DNA from: Eledone cirrhosa
Lineage: Eukaryota
Length of the DNA stretch: 64,000 nucleotides
Direction: 5' to 3'
Assembly: GCA_964016885.1 (NCBI GenBank)
Contig: OZ024760.1
Location: 18,476,001 to 18,540,000, forward strand
Of the stretch, positions 13,277-26,108 are shown piece after piece (positions within the stretch are counted from its first letter, which is position 1; the number at the start of each line of letters is the position of its first letter). The notes beneath the pieces are model-generated. The model made no database searches and was not told the DNA's origin. It saw nothing but the letters and a program-made list of their open reading frames with translations. Made by a program: the position numbers and the translations under genes.

Positions 13277-14149
13277 ATTAAATGTATTAAACTAAAATTT
13301 GATTGTTTTATATTTTGTATCTATGTGTATATATATATATAGGGAAAGATTGAAGAATAACATGGTTGGCTGTACAGCAAGGGGCTTTATTTCAAGGATT
13401 AACAATTGTTTCATTGATTGGGTGAGTCTAAAGGCCACTAATCACTCGACCTTAAATACAGTGTTTACCCCTGATCAAATCCTCAGAATATATATATATA
13501 GAGAGAGAGAGAGAGTCGGGGATCCGACAGCTGAGCTCTTACTGTCTCAGCAGCAAATTACACTCTACTTTCCCAAGTATTGAATACTCTGCTGAAAAAT
13601 GATCTTACTAGTTTATATATATATTAAAAACAAAACAAGGTTTTACAGATGGGTGGCTGAGGATCTATTATTACTGATCTTGGTGGTGGTGGTGGCGGCG
13701 ATGTTGTTGTTGGTGGTGGTGAGTTGGGGTGTAGGGGTGCTTCTGCTGCAAGTTGAATCAGTTTTCCATATTGATCTTCTGAAAGAAAACTATTGCAACA
13801 TTGGTAAAATGAGATCGTTTTTTTTTAAGAAACACCCCTCCCTCATCCACCACCACCACCACCTCACTCGTCCCACCCTTCCCTACCCCTCACTAATCCC
13901 ACTACCATCTCATCCACCAAGTAAAATAACCTTCCATGCTTGTATTTTGTTTTATTAACCCTATTCATGACCGTATTTTTAATTAAATACGCTCTATTTT
14001 AATTAATTAATGAAGAATTTTGAGGGATTTACTAAAATTAATAATTATTTCATAACTAAGATAGTAAGTTTATGTAAGGTTCTTACATAAAATTAAGTTG
14101 GAAGATTTTAATATAAATTGGAAACCTTTAAAATGGGTGGTTTTACAGA

Positions 14150-14525
14150 GTCGATAAAAGAAAGTAGCAGTAACACACTGGGGGCAATTTGATCACCCCC
14201 TCCAAAAAATTTATTGGGCTTGTACCTAAAGTAGAAATCATTCATATTTATCTTAAGTTAGATTTGCCTTTCATCCTTACGGGGTCGATAATATAAAGTA
14301 CCAGTAATCTACTGGGGTTGATTTAATCTCCTTTCCCTTTCGCCAAAATTATTGGGCTTGTACCTAAAGTAGAAATCATTAATATTTATCTTAAGTTAGA
14401 TTTGCCTTTCATCCTTACGGGGCCGATAAAATAAAGTACCGGTAACGCACTGGGGTCGATTTAATCGACTTTTTCCCCTCTCCCAAATATGTTTAGCCTT
14501 GTGCCTAGAGTAGAAATCATTAATA
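14150..14525 (+). mobile_element. Tandem fragments of a Meta-domain-like SINE
   Basis: gcctttcatccttacggggtcgataa..aagtaccag repeated; other copies near 42315-42430, 48370-48500 (-), 55705-55900 (-), 62640-62790. Confidence 0.65.
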
Positions 14526-14618
14526 TTAATGTCTGTTTTCTCTCCACATCATCAGACCACACCGACAATCAGCCTTCCATCATGCAAGGATTTCTATGAT
14601 TCCTCCAGGCTTATCAAT

Positions 14619-14772
14619 ATGGAGAACAACTCTACAAATCCTAGATTTGAATGGTTCCATCTCCAGCCTGGAGTGGATATCCAGGTGATGAAGTTTGGCA
14701 GTCCTCCAACAACATCCACCCTGGGACCTATCAACCCACCTTCAGATAACCTCATGTTCCTTATCATACCAG
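14619..14772 (+). CDS. LDAH: Lipid droplet-associated hydrolase, coding exon 1
   Basis: ATG 14619, MENNSTNPRFEWFHL...LMFLIIP-G, donor AG|GTGAGT at 14773 (phase 1); the IIPGNPG motif is completed across the intron. Confidence 0.85.
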
Positions 14773-14819
14773 GTGAGTAACTGGTGATTTCTTCTTCTTC
14801 TCCTCCTTCTTCTTCTCCA

Positions 14820-15230
14820 GATTTCCCTGTGTCTAACACACGTGGGCATGCCAACAAAGTCAGAAAACAGCACAGCTCCCATGACTTTCGGAAACATTTT
14901 TTCACGCTCAGAGTTGCTGAAGCATGGAACAAACTACCTGCATCAGTTATTAGCTATCGAGACACTGCATCCTTTAAAACCTCCATGGAACAAATTACCT
15001 GCATCAGTTATTAGCTATCGAGACACTGCATCCTTTAAAACCTCCATGCCTCCTGAGATTTGCCTACACCACACCTAATATTTCCCCTCCATACACACGC
15101 ACACATGTATATCGTGACTCATTCACTATTCACTTCCCTGACATTTGTATATTATTCTATGTACCATACATGCACCTTTGATGAGTTGTAGTGCACCTGA
15201 GCACTGTACACAATAATTTCATTATTATGA
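14820..15230 (+). mobile_element. CR1/Jockey-group LINE 3' end with an internal 61-bp duplication
   Basis: TRGHANK...HFFTLRVAEAWNKLPASV...FK, 3' UTR ending in (att)n. Confidence 0.75.
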
Positions 15231-15811
15231 TTATATATATCTGTACATTAAAATAATGTAACTCGGCTAAACTGGTCAGCTGAAGTTGAAATAAACAAAA
15301 AAAAAAAAACTGTCATAGCAACCACACCATTCAATGCTAAATGTGTATATATGTACTGATGTGTTGATGGGTGTGTGTGTTTATTAATAAGTGTATTAAA
15401 GTCTTTTGCTGTATGTGTAACATATCTAAGTGTGTATGTGAGTATTTCCACGTGGGTACATGGTTGAGAAAAGGAGGGTACTGGATGTGGTGTGAAGAGC
15501 AGATTAGAGATTATCTTTAGCCCAGCCAGAATTCTCTCACTTTTTCTGTTCAAACTAATTGTAACCGGCTGCTCATGCTGATGTTAAGGTATTGTTCTCA
15601 AAATAAATAATATCAAAATCTCATAGATTCGTTATGTGAAATATAATTATGTAAGGTAAAGCCTTTACTGTGAAAATACAATAGTAAATATAGAGTAATG
15701 TGAATGCTAAAGGATTAAATACCAAAAGGCCTTAACAACATCGTCAGATTAAATGGAATTATTTTTGGACACTTTCCTCTCTTCAGGAGCTGTAATACCA
15801 TTGCCATAATC

Positions 15812-16548
15812 TTCTTCGCCCACGTATTCCCAAGAGAGATGTGGAGGCAGAGTCCTCAAACACTCCTTCCAGTGAGTCATGTCAAAAGCAACCATCTCCA
15901 ATAGATCCAGCTGGATCTGTGAGACCAGCTGAGCTCATGGATGTTATCCAATCATCTTGTTCAGAGTTAACCTCTGGGTATCCTACCAGTTGGTTTTTAC
16001 TCTTAAAATCTGTCCAGTGATTCTTTCCTGAGACATTCTAACCTCATGTCTGTAATATCAGAGCTGTAATCCCTCAATTTGGAGTAATAGTGGCTCTCTG
16101 ATCTCCAAGCTATGCACTCTATCAAGTAACGTAACTCCAAAGACCCTTCAGAGGAACCCTATTTCAGTTGCTTATATTCGCAAACATATTCTGTCGGTCA
16201 TTACCCAAGATTCATGACCATAGGTAAGGGTTGGCATGAATACCGAATTGAAGATCATGAGTTTGGCTTTTACACCTACCTCCCTTCTTCTGATTACTGA
16301 ATGCTGAAGTTGGTGCATTACTGCACCAACTCCTGCAATTCTTGAACTTAATCCAGCCTCCTGCCTTCCATCACTCATGAACACAGCCTCGAGGTACTTG
16401 AACTTCTCCACCTGCTTCAGTGGAACTCTATTCACATGTAGAGTGCTCCATTCACATGTAGAGTGCACCATTTAGACTTCCTTGTGAGGACAAGTGTCTC
16501 AGTTTTTTGCAGCACTGATTTTCATTTCACCCATGTAAGCACTTGGTA
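15812..16548 (-). mobile_element. RTE LINE fragment (second family)
   Basis: LKQVEKFKYL...PTLTYGHESW; related to 49690-50780. Confidence 0.85.
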
Positions 16549-16637
16549 TCAAACCATAAGTTATATCATATATAACCTACTTTTTTAGGATATGACTTAT
16601 CTCACTTTGTTCTACAGTTTCTCATGTTTGTTTCTAG

Positions 16638-16778
16638 GTAACCCAGGTGTTGTAGGATATTATGAAAAATTTATGCAGTCACTTTACCTGAAAAGTAACC
16701 AGAAAATACCTGTGTGGGGTATCTCTCATACTGGACATGTTTCAAAACCAAACCATCAAATGTCTTCTTCATCTGATG
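16638..16778 (+). CDS. LDAH: LDAH coding exon 2
   Basis: tttctag| acceptor; GNPGVVGYYEKFMQSLY...VWGISHTGH; donor G|GTATGT; phase 1-1. Confidence 0.9.
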
Positions 16779-16858
16779 GTATGTATATACATATATACAC
16801 ATATATACACTGTTTGTGTTTGCCATAATTCCTTTATTGATTAACTAATTATGCAATC

Positions 16859-16904
16859 TGCACCTGATGATGTTGCCAGGCCATTGAAATATGTATATAG
16901 TGTA
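16859..16904 (+). ncRNA. Hammerhead ribozyme motif in LDAH intron 2
   Basis: tgcac CTGATGA tgttgccaggccatt GAA ATATGTATAT A|gtgta; helix II weak. Confidence 0.5.
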
Positions 16905-17430
16905 TGTAACTCATGTATTGTACCCAGGTCTTATACTGGTATCTAACATATATAGTGTGTCTATCTCATGTATTGTACCCAGGTCTTATACTGGTATCTA
17001 ACATATATAGTGTGTCTATCTCATGTATTGTACCCAGTTCTTTTAGTATATCTCCTTATAATATATAACCAGCAATTTCTCTGTCTGTCTGTCCAACAGT
17101 GGAAACACATGCGCGCGTGCGAATGTTTTTTGCGCACACGTAGAGAGAGAGTGAGAGTGAAAGAAAGAGACAGACAACGAGAGGGGGATAGCGGGAGGGA
17201 GAGAGGGGGGAATTGAGGAGTGCTACAGAAACATATATACATTTCTGTGTGTGTGTAATATATATATACACACACAGAAATATATATATATATACACACA
17301 GAAATATATATACATTTCTGTGTGTGTAATATATATATATACACACACAGAAATATATATACATTTCTGTGTGTGTAATATATATATATATATATACACA
17401 CACAGAAATATATATACATTTCTGTGTGTG

Positions 17431-17481
<51 letters not shown>

Positions 17482-17819
17482 GAAATATATATATACATTT
17501 CTGTGTGTGTAATATATATATATACTAGCAGAAAACCGCCCACCGGGTGGTTTTCTGCTAGTCTAACATATATAGTGTATGTACCTCAGTCTTATACTAG
17601 TATCTGACATATATAGTGTATGTACCTTATGTATATTACCCATGTCCTATACTATATCTAACTTGTTGAAACAGAAACAAAACACAATACCCTAACAGTT
17701 TCTTCTCTTTTCCTTTACAAGTTCTGATCAGTCTAAATCTATATTCATTTCATTCCATTTATCTGTCTATTCATGTATTTCTTAATTTAATGTCTAAATT
17801 TACCAATATTTCTTCTTAG

Positions 17820-18538
17820 GCTCCCATCACAGTGATGTTTATTCTCTCCAAGACCAGATTGAACACAAACTTTCCTTCCTTCAGCACCACATTCCAAAGA
17901 ATGTCACACTCATTCTTATCGGTCACTCCATTGGCTGCTACATGATTCTAAATATGTTGAAACGGTCAAGCAATGACAACATTCTTCATTGCTTCTTCCT
18001 ATTCCCCACAATTGAGCGAATGTCTTCCTCGCCACAAGGAAAAGTGTTGACACCGTTTCTCAAGTTATTCCGGTGGCTACTTCTTTTGATTGTATACGGT
18101 CTGTCTTTTCTTTCTCTGGAATTAAAGAAGAGGATTTTATGCTGGTATTTCAAAGACATTAAATACCCACGTTGCATGCGTTCCTCATCGCTGAACCTCT
18201 TTGATGTTGACTGTGTAAACAATATGACCAGTATGGCATCTGAAGAGATGGACAATGTTAAGGAACTGGACAGTGGTACAATTGGTGAAAACCTGCACAA
18301 AATCAGCTTCTACTACGGCCTCAAAGACCGGTGGTGTCCACTCGACTACTGTGACAACATGAAAAAACATTTTCCAGAAGCTGACATCCGCATCTGCAAA
18401 GAGGGGTTCGAACATGCTTTTGTGTTGACAGCCAGTGAGAATATGGCCAAGATTACATGGGAATGGCTGCAGCGGGAGTTAGACCGCACGAATAAAGTGG
18501 TCAACAGTATTAAATCAATATCTGCTCCTCTCTGCTGA
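17820..18538 (+). CDS. LDAH: LDAH coding exon 3 (terminal)
   Basis: ttcttag| acceptor; YSLQDQIEHK, nucleophile elbow GHSIG, LFPTIERM.SPQG, YYGLKDRWCP, HAFVL; TGA at 18536-18538; joined CDS 1014 nt. Confidence 0.92.
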
Positions 18539-19039
18539 TGATGTCAGACAACATCCACTACATTTCACTGACCATGAGACAATATCCACTACACTGACCA
18601 TATGAGATACTGTTAACTACATTCCACTAACCATATGAGACACTGTTCACTACATTCCACTGACCAAATGAGACGATGTCCAGTACATCCATTGTCTATA
18701 TAACACACACAGATATGAAGCCTGAGTTGTAGGTCCTCAAACACTCCTTCCAGTGGGTCCTGGAAGCAACCTTCTCCAACTGATCTGGTTGGATCTACAA
18801 GTGAAATCAGCCAAGCTCATAGACGTTATCCCACCATCTTGCTCAGGGTCTATCCCTGACAAATATATGTAATGCGAAGTCAAGGTTAATAAAAAAAAAA
18901 ACCATGCTTGGCATGTTTATAAGAAAATATATTTTAATGTAAATGATTTTAGAGAATTCTTTGAACAAAATTTAAAATAAATTGAGATGAATGCATGTGA
19001 ATTGTTTAACCTAACGCCAAATTATATATCGACAGTCGA

Positions 19040-20330
19040 TCGACTTTTGTCAGCTCTTAGCTGAATCAATGGCTGAACTAGAGAAGAAATTCCAAACATG
19101 AAAGCATGGCCTAGAATCAAAAGGCCTTAAAGTTAACCTGTCTAAGACTAAAGTTCTAGTATGTAGGAAGGAAAATAGGGCACAGTTCTCCTCTGGGAAA
19201 TGGCCATGCTCAGTGTGTAGGAAAGGAGTAGGCAGAAATTCCAATTTATGTCCCAAATGCAAAGTATGGGTGCATAAAAGATGTAGTGGGATCACAGGTA
19301 AGCTAAGAACGAAGATTTTATATGTGGCCGGTGCTCAGGTACAATAAGTAGCAAGCGCCCACAGGATACTAGCCCCTTCTATTGCCCAGATGGCTCTATA
19401 AAAATAGTGGACAGCTTCCGTTACCTGGGTGATAAAATCAGAAGTGGTGGAGGGTGCTCAGAAAGTACAGTAGCCAGAGTCAGAAGGGTATGGAAAAAGT
19501 TCAGAGAGCTTATACCATTATTGGCCGCTAAAGGTTTCTCTCTAAAAATGAAAGGCAGACTGTATGATGCCTGCATACGAACAGCTATGTTACATGGCAG
19601 TGAGACATGGGCATTGTGTGCAGAGGATCTGCGCAGACTGGAGTGGAATGAAGCATGCATGCTCCGTTGGATGTGTAATAGTAATATACGTGAACAACAA
19701 AGCATAAATGAACTTAGAAATTAGGAATAAGATGCTGTTTACTCAAGAGAAGACTACGTTGGTATGGTCACGTGATGTGCATGAAAAATGACAGCTGTAT
19801 AAAAAAAGTGCAGAGCGATCAAAATTGATGGAAGTTACGGAGTAGGCAGACTCAGAAAAACCTGGGACGATTTGATTAATTCCAACCTTACACACTTACA
19901 CCTCTCTAAGACAATGTCACTGGACCGAGATCTTTGGCGCTATGCAGTAATACAGAAGACCCGCCTTGCTTAAGTACAAAGTGAAACCTACAGTCAGTAG
20001 GCACCTCTTAGTCGAATATACACACACACCCTCCCACCCCTTTCTCTGTAAAGTTATGTTGGTTTGGTACCACAACATCCAATCCTAAATAAATGAGATT
20101 GTGTAGGTGTCACAACAAAAAAGTCCACGCTGTAATGTGGCCATATAGGTAACACGGTAAAAACCTTCCAGTCCACACAGTAAACGTGGTTGGTGTTAGG
20201 AAGGGCATGCATCCGTAGAAAACCTGCTAGACAGTCCTATACAAGCAAGACAACCAATCTTGCCTCACGTGGGACAATTCCCATCTTAACCCATGCTAGC
20301 ATGGAAGATGGACGTTAAATGATGATGATG
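19040..20330 (+). mobile_element. Degenerate RTE LINE, 3' 1.3 kb
   Basis: GLKVNLSKTK, Cys-rich insert, DSFRYLGD, LHGSETW, RRLRWYGHV, 3' UTR and (GAT)n tail; stops and frameshifts present. Confidence 0.9.
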
Positions 20331-21029
20331 AAACAATGTTTCCATTGGTCTTTCTAATTGCTAATACTCTCTATCAGTCGCAACTGCAGATAGACGGAGC
20401 AACGTGAAATAAAGTCTTGCCCAAGGACACAAAGCATCGCCTGGTCCGGGAATCCAATTCTGTAACCACTCAGCCACACGCCTTCACCAATTATATATAT
20501 ATACATGCGTATATAAAATTCCTATTACCAAAATCGATATTTGCATATATATTTATATACATATATACGTATAGAAAATTTTTGTTACCAAAATCGATAA
20601 TTGGTGATTGATACCATTACTAAAATCAAAGGTTTGCATCTTATTTCTTTATTTCCAGAAACAGATTTGTCTGTTACCATCTTGAAATAAGTATATTTAC
20701 TTCCATATTAGTTGTTCTGTACATATGTACAAAATACTAATAGTTGAAGGGCATAAACTTCTCATAGGATCCTCTATGGTCAGTGCCAGGTGAGAGGGCG
20801 TAAACTTCTCGTACGATCCTCTACGGCCAACTTAATGCTGGTCAGTACTAGATGAGAGGGCGAAAGAAGCCCGTCATTAATGTTGCTGGACTGTCGTCTA
20901 TACGGAGTAAGTGAATATTCATTGAAACGAATATATTTTGAGACGTGTTATCGCACTGTCTTTCTGTTTCAATGCCACGAGCATATGTTTGGTGATGGTA
21001 CAGACAATGAATTAGTTACCTCGACACTG

Positions 21030-21962
21030 TATGCATACTTTCTAAGCCATCTCAACACTATATACACACTTTCTAACTCATCTCAACACTATATACACAC
21101 TTTCTAACTCATCTCAACGCTATATACACACTTTCTAACTCATCTCAACACTATATACACACTTTCTAACTCATCTCAACACTATACACACTTTCTAACT
21201 CATCTCAACGCTACATACACACTTTCTAAGTCATCTCTATACTATATAATACTTTCTAATTCATCTCAACACTATATACACACTTTCTAAGTTATCTCTA
21301 TACTATATAATACTTGCTAACTCATCTCAACACTATATACACACTTTCTAAGTTATCTCTATACTATATAATACTTGCTAACTCATCTCAACACTATATA
21401 CACACTTTCTAACTCATCTCTATACTATATAATACTTTGTAAGTCATCTCAACGCTACATACACACTTTCTAAGTCATCTCTATACTATATAATACTTGC
21501 TAACTCATCTCAACACTATATACACACTTTCTAAGTTATCTCTATACTATATAATACTTGCTAACTCATCTCAACACTATATACACACTTTCTAACTCAT
21601 CTCAACACTATATACACACTTTCTAAGTCATCTCAACACTATATACACACTTTCTAACTCATCTCAACTCTATATACACACTTTCTAACTCATCTCAACG
21701 CTACATACACACTTTCTAAGTCATCTCTATACTATATAATACTTTGTAAGTCATCTCAACACTATATACACACTTTCTAAGTCATCTCTATACTATATAA
21801 TACTTTCTAACTCATCTCAACACTATATACACACTTTCTAAGTCATCTCAACACTATATACACACTTTCTAACTCATCTCAACTCTATATACACACTTTC
21901 TAACTCATCTCTATACTATATAATACTTTCTAAGTCATCTCATCACTATATACACACTTTCA
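21030..21962. repeat. 29/31-bp minisatellite (cacactttctaactcatctcaacactatata), about 30 units
   Basis: Direct inspection; diverged relative at 23262-23540. Confidence 0.92.
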
Positions 21963-24900
21963 TAACAAACTATATGCCATAAGTTTGTACTGGAGAAAAA
22001 GGCCAACGGACACAAAAATTAAATCCTTATGAAACGAAGAACTAAGCTCTCAAACCAGTTAAAAGCACAACAAAGAACAATATCTGAAACAGGCACTACT
22101 TCAAATTGAAACTGCACTCAAACTTTCCCATGAGAAGGGGAGGGTAGAGAGAGAAGTCAGGGCCATAGAAAATATTAAAACAAACCCTTCTTTAAATTTG
22201 CAAAAGAAACTGCCTCGGTTCACTATAAGATTAGGCCACTCAAATTGTATCCATAAAATCATTTACATATATTATATCTAAACCATGATAAACGTTAGTT
22301 AGCTAAAACCAGGTCAGATGGCGAAATAAGGAGTTTACGCATGTAAACTTCTCATAGGATCTACTACGGCTAAATAAAACCTCGTCTGTCACATTTGCTC
22401 CAGATAATGGAATAGGAGACTTTGTGAAAAGCTTTCTCTGGAAGAAATCTGCTGTATACTTCTTCCTGTGTAGTTAACAGCCAACACACTCAAATGTTCT
22501 TTTAAAAGAAAATACTTTATTTCGTGTTGCTCCAGTACACTCAGTAGTTAATCCTGCGATAGACCGGTTTCCTATCGAGGGAGAGACATTTAACAAGGAA
22601 ACCCGGTGATAAACAACAATTTTTATTTACAGAAACCTGTATATTTACTTAACATATTAATTGTTCGGCATATATGTACTAAATACTAGTAGTTTCTAAA
22701 TTAATTTATATATAGAAACGGAATGAGAGTGAGGTAACACACGGAATATATTTTGAGGCGTATTATCTTGCTTTCGTTCCGTTTCTATATATATATTTTT
22801 TTTAATAAATAAAATTTTAGCTATAAGTATACTAATTCTAGTCGGTAGAATTGCAGCTTCGCTTTGCGATGCGCGTAGCGGTTCCGACTTTGTCGTCTCC
22901 TTATGTATGGCGTGACCATTCTATGTGTCTGGAGTTCGAATCGTTACGAGGTCTTCGTGGCTTATACAGCTGAGACTATTTAGAGGCTGGCTACTTGCTG
23001 GCCTGCGTCCTGGACCACGCGAACAATCGATTTTTGGTTTAAATTTGATTAGAATTATCTCCCTTCATTTAGAGTTACTTCCCCTTTATGGAATTCTTCT
23101 CTTTTCTTTTCGATTGACTTCCGGTTTTGAAATAAAATCACACTGGATATTTATTTCTTCATGTAAAGAGCTATGTATATTATCTAAGATCTAAATCTTC
23201 TCTCTATACACATACATACTTTCAATAACCCTCATGTTTTCTTTTAAACTAAAAAAGTATACACACTTACTAAGTCATTTCGACACTATACACACACTTT
23301 CTAAAACATCTCGACACTATATACACACTTTCTAAACCATCTCTAAGTCTTTTCGACATTATATACACACATTCTCTAAACCAACTTTCTCAACATTATA
23401 TAGATACTTTCTAAGCCACCTCACACTATATACACACTTTCTAAACCATCTCGACATTGTATACATACTTTCTAAACCATCTCGACATTGTATACATACT
23501 TTCTAAACATCTCGATACTATATACACACTTTGTAAACTCACAACTAAGAAACCTCTATATACAGCTACATTTTTATTATCTTCTCTATTTCTTTCTCAC
23601 CTGTCCTCTTGTAGGTAGAGAGAAATCTTTCGTTGTTGCCCCACGACAGTGATCTTCGCCAACGTGAAATAAAGTGTCTTGCTCAAGAACACAACGCAAA
23701 GCCCGGTGTGAGAATCGAACTCACGATTGTAAAGAGCGACAACTTTACGTCAATACTTTGCGCATGCGCATTGATGTCCAGTTTTTTTCGGCGCATGCGT
23801 ACTTTAGTAAAATATATTAAATGGTCGCCTGAAGAACTTCATGTTTTTCAACGTGAATAAAAAACGTTAAAACCTTGGATTTTACAAATTTTACGGAGGT
23901 AAAGTAAAACTTTATTTTATGTTGATCAGTTTTATTTAGACATTTTCTGTTGAAACATTAGTTTTGTTAAGCTTCTGTCACACCTTACATTCTAATCTAG
24001 TACAACACACCTCTTAGTTTCTGTATTCAGAAACTTCATCTACATTCTTAGTTTCTTTAGTGTTACCTTCCTTGATGTAGGAAAAGGTTTTCTTGTTTCC
24101 TCTAGTTAAATGTATATATAATAAAAGACAAAATAGTTTTGTTTAGCTTCTGTGACACCTTACATTCTAATCTAATACAACACACCTCCCCCACAAATAG
24201 TGTATTCTTTAGATTATGTAAGTTGGTAAATAATATATCCTCGTATTTTGTAATCAGTGTTAATTAGATATTGCTTTTAACCAACGTAACATAGAACAAG
24301 ATTTTTCAAAGACCGTATATTCCATATAGATTGTATTTCGACACTTTGATAAACATTTTTTTTGGGGGGGGGGGGGGGGGGGTCATTTACATTCTCGGTT
24401 TCTTTCTGGATGTAGGAAAAGGTTTCCTCTATTTACATTCTTAGTTTCTTTTTTTGAGAAGCTTCATCTACATTCTTAAGAGAGAAATTAAGAATGTAGA
24501 TGAAGTTTCTTAAGAGATAAACTAAGAATGTCCCTTCCCAGCTCGATCGGCGAGTTTGACAATCATCGCGAGGGTAGGCCCTTAGATAGATGTTTTTGGA
24601 CACTTCATATACATTCTTGGTTTCTTTTTAGACACCTCACTTACATTACGTTTTAAACACTTCATTTACATTCTTAGTTTCTTTATAAACACTGGCATGT
24701 TTTCACTCGTCCTCTCAACTCCACATCTGGCTTTCCCTTATCTGTGAGTCTCACTGTCGTGGACTTAAGGTGCTGGTCACCAGGCTTCCCTTCCCAGCTT
24801 GACAATCATCGTGGGGGTAGGCCCTTCATCTGTGTATGTTGTGGCAACCTGCCAAAGTATTGGCCGCTCTCTGGTAGCTCCCGGACCACATCCCTATTAC

Positions 24901-25774
24901 CTATAAGTAGCTTTAATAAGAAATATTTGACAAACTCAACGTAGTAACAGGTTTTCTTCTTTCTGTATATATACATGTATTATTGTATATGTACATATAT
25001 AATGGAATTTCACTATATACGTGAAAGAATTTTATAAAGTTTTAAGTATATATACATATATATCCATATGTGTATTTATATATATTATAGTAAAAGACAA
25101 AGCTGGAAGAATTTTAGAAAGTTTAATTTTTTTATTGACAATGTACATAAATGACTTTCATAGTTTTTTCTCATTTCATTTTTCTTACAGATGTCCAGCC
25201 TTCTCGGTCATATGCTGTGTTGTTTGCTGCAACCACTGAAAGAAGGTTTTGATTGTGAAAGTATTTACAAGTTCAAGTTTCCTGAACAGTGATGGAGTGT
25301 CTGTTAATAAAAATATGTTTACATATTATTTATGAATAAAGTTTTTGTTAATAAAAATTTTTTTACGTATTATTTACGAGTTGAGTTCAGCTTATTTGAC
25401 AAAAAAAGATTGGCTTTTAGCCTCATAAACAAAGTTTCTGTTAATAAAGAAATCTTTACATATTATATACTAGTTGTGTTAATATTTTGACGAAAGAAAC
25501 AGCGTCGAGACATATAAACGTCTCTTGTCTTCGAAAGAAATAACGACTGTCTAAAACCTCCTTCGGAATATATTTCAGTACAGGAATTGACTCTTTCAAA
25601 GACAATAAGTCATATTTTTCTTATTAAACGAACGTAACTCTTTCAACAGAGGGAAGAGTTTTTTCTGTTTTGTTTTTTATTCAAGGGAGGTAACTCTTTC
25701 AACAGCTGGAGAGTTTTTTTTTTTTTATTCAAGGGAGGTAACTCTTTAAAAACATGAGTTGTCTCCCTTGAATA

Positions 25775-26108
25775 ATGAAGTGTCTAAAGAGAAACTAAGA
25801 ATGTAGATGAAGTGCCTAAAAAAAGAAACTAAGAATGTAGATGAAGTGTCTAAAAAAAGAAACTAAATGAAGTGTCTAAAAAGAAACTAAGAATGTAGAT
25901 GAAGTGTCTAAAAAAAGAAACTAAGAATCTAAATGAAGTGTCTAAAAAAAGAAACTAAGAATGTAGATGAAGTGTCTAAAAAAAGAAACTAAGAATCTAA
26001 ATGAAGTGTCTAAAGAGAAACTAAGAATGTAGATGAAGTGTCTAAAAAAAGAAACTAAATGAAGTGTCTAAAAAGAAACTAAGAATGTAAATGAAGTGTC
26101 TAAAAAAA
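25775..26108. repeat. ~31-34-bp tandem repeat (gaaactaagaatgtagatgaagtgtctaaaaa)
   Basis: About 10 units; reverse-orientation units at 24010-24690 and direct units in each 1574-bp unit. Confidence 0.88.

Noticed and set aside
15765-15790. Minus-strand CTGAAGA-gag-GAAAgtGTC hammerhead-like core
   Set aside because: No helix II and no stem I pairing; could be chance.
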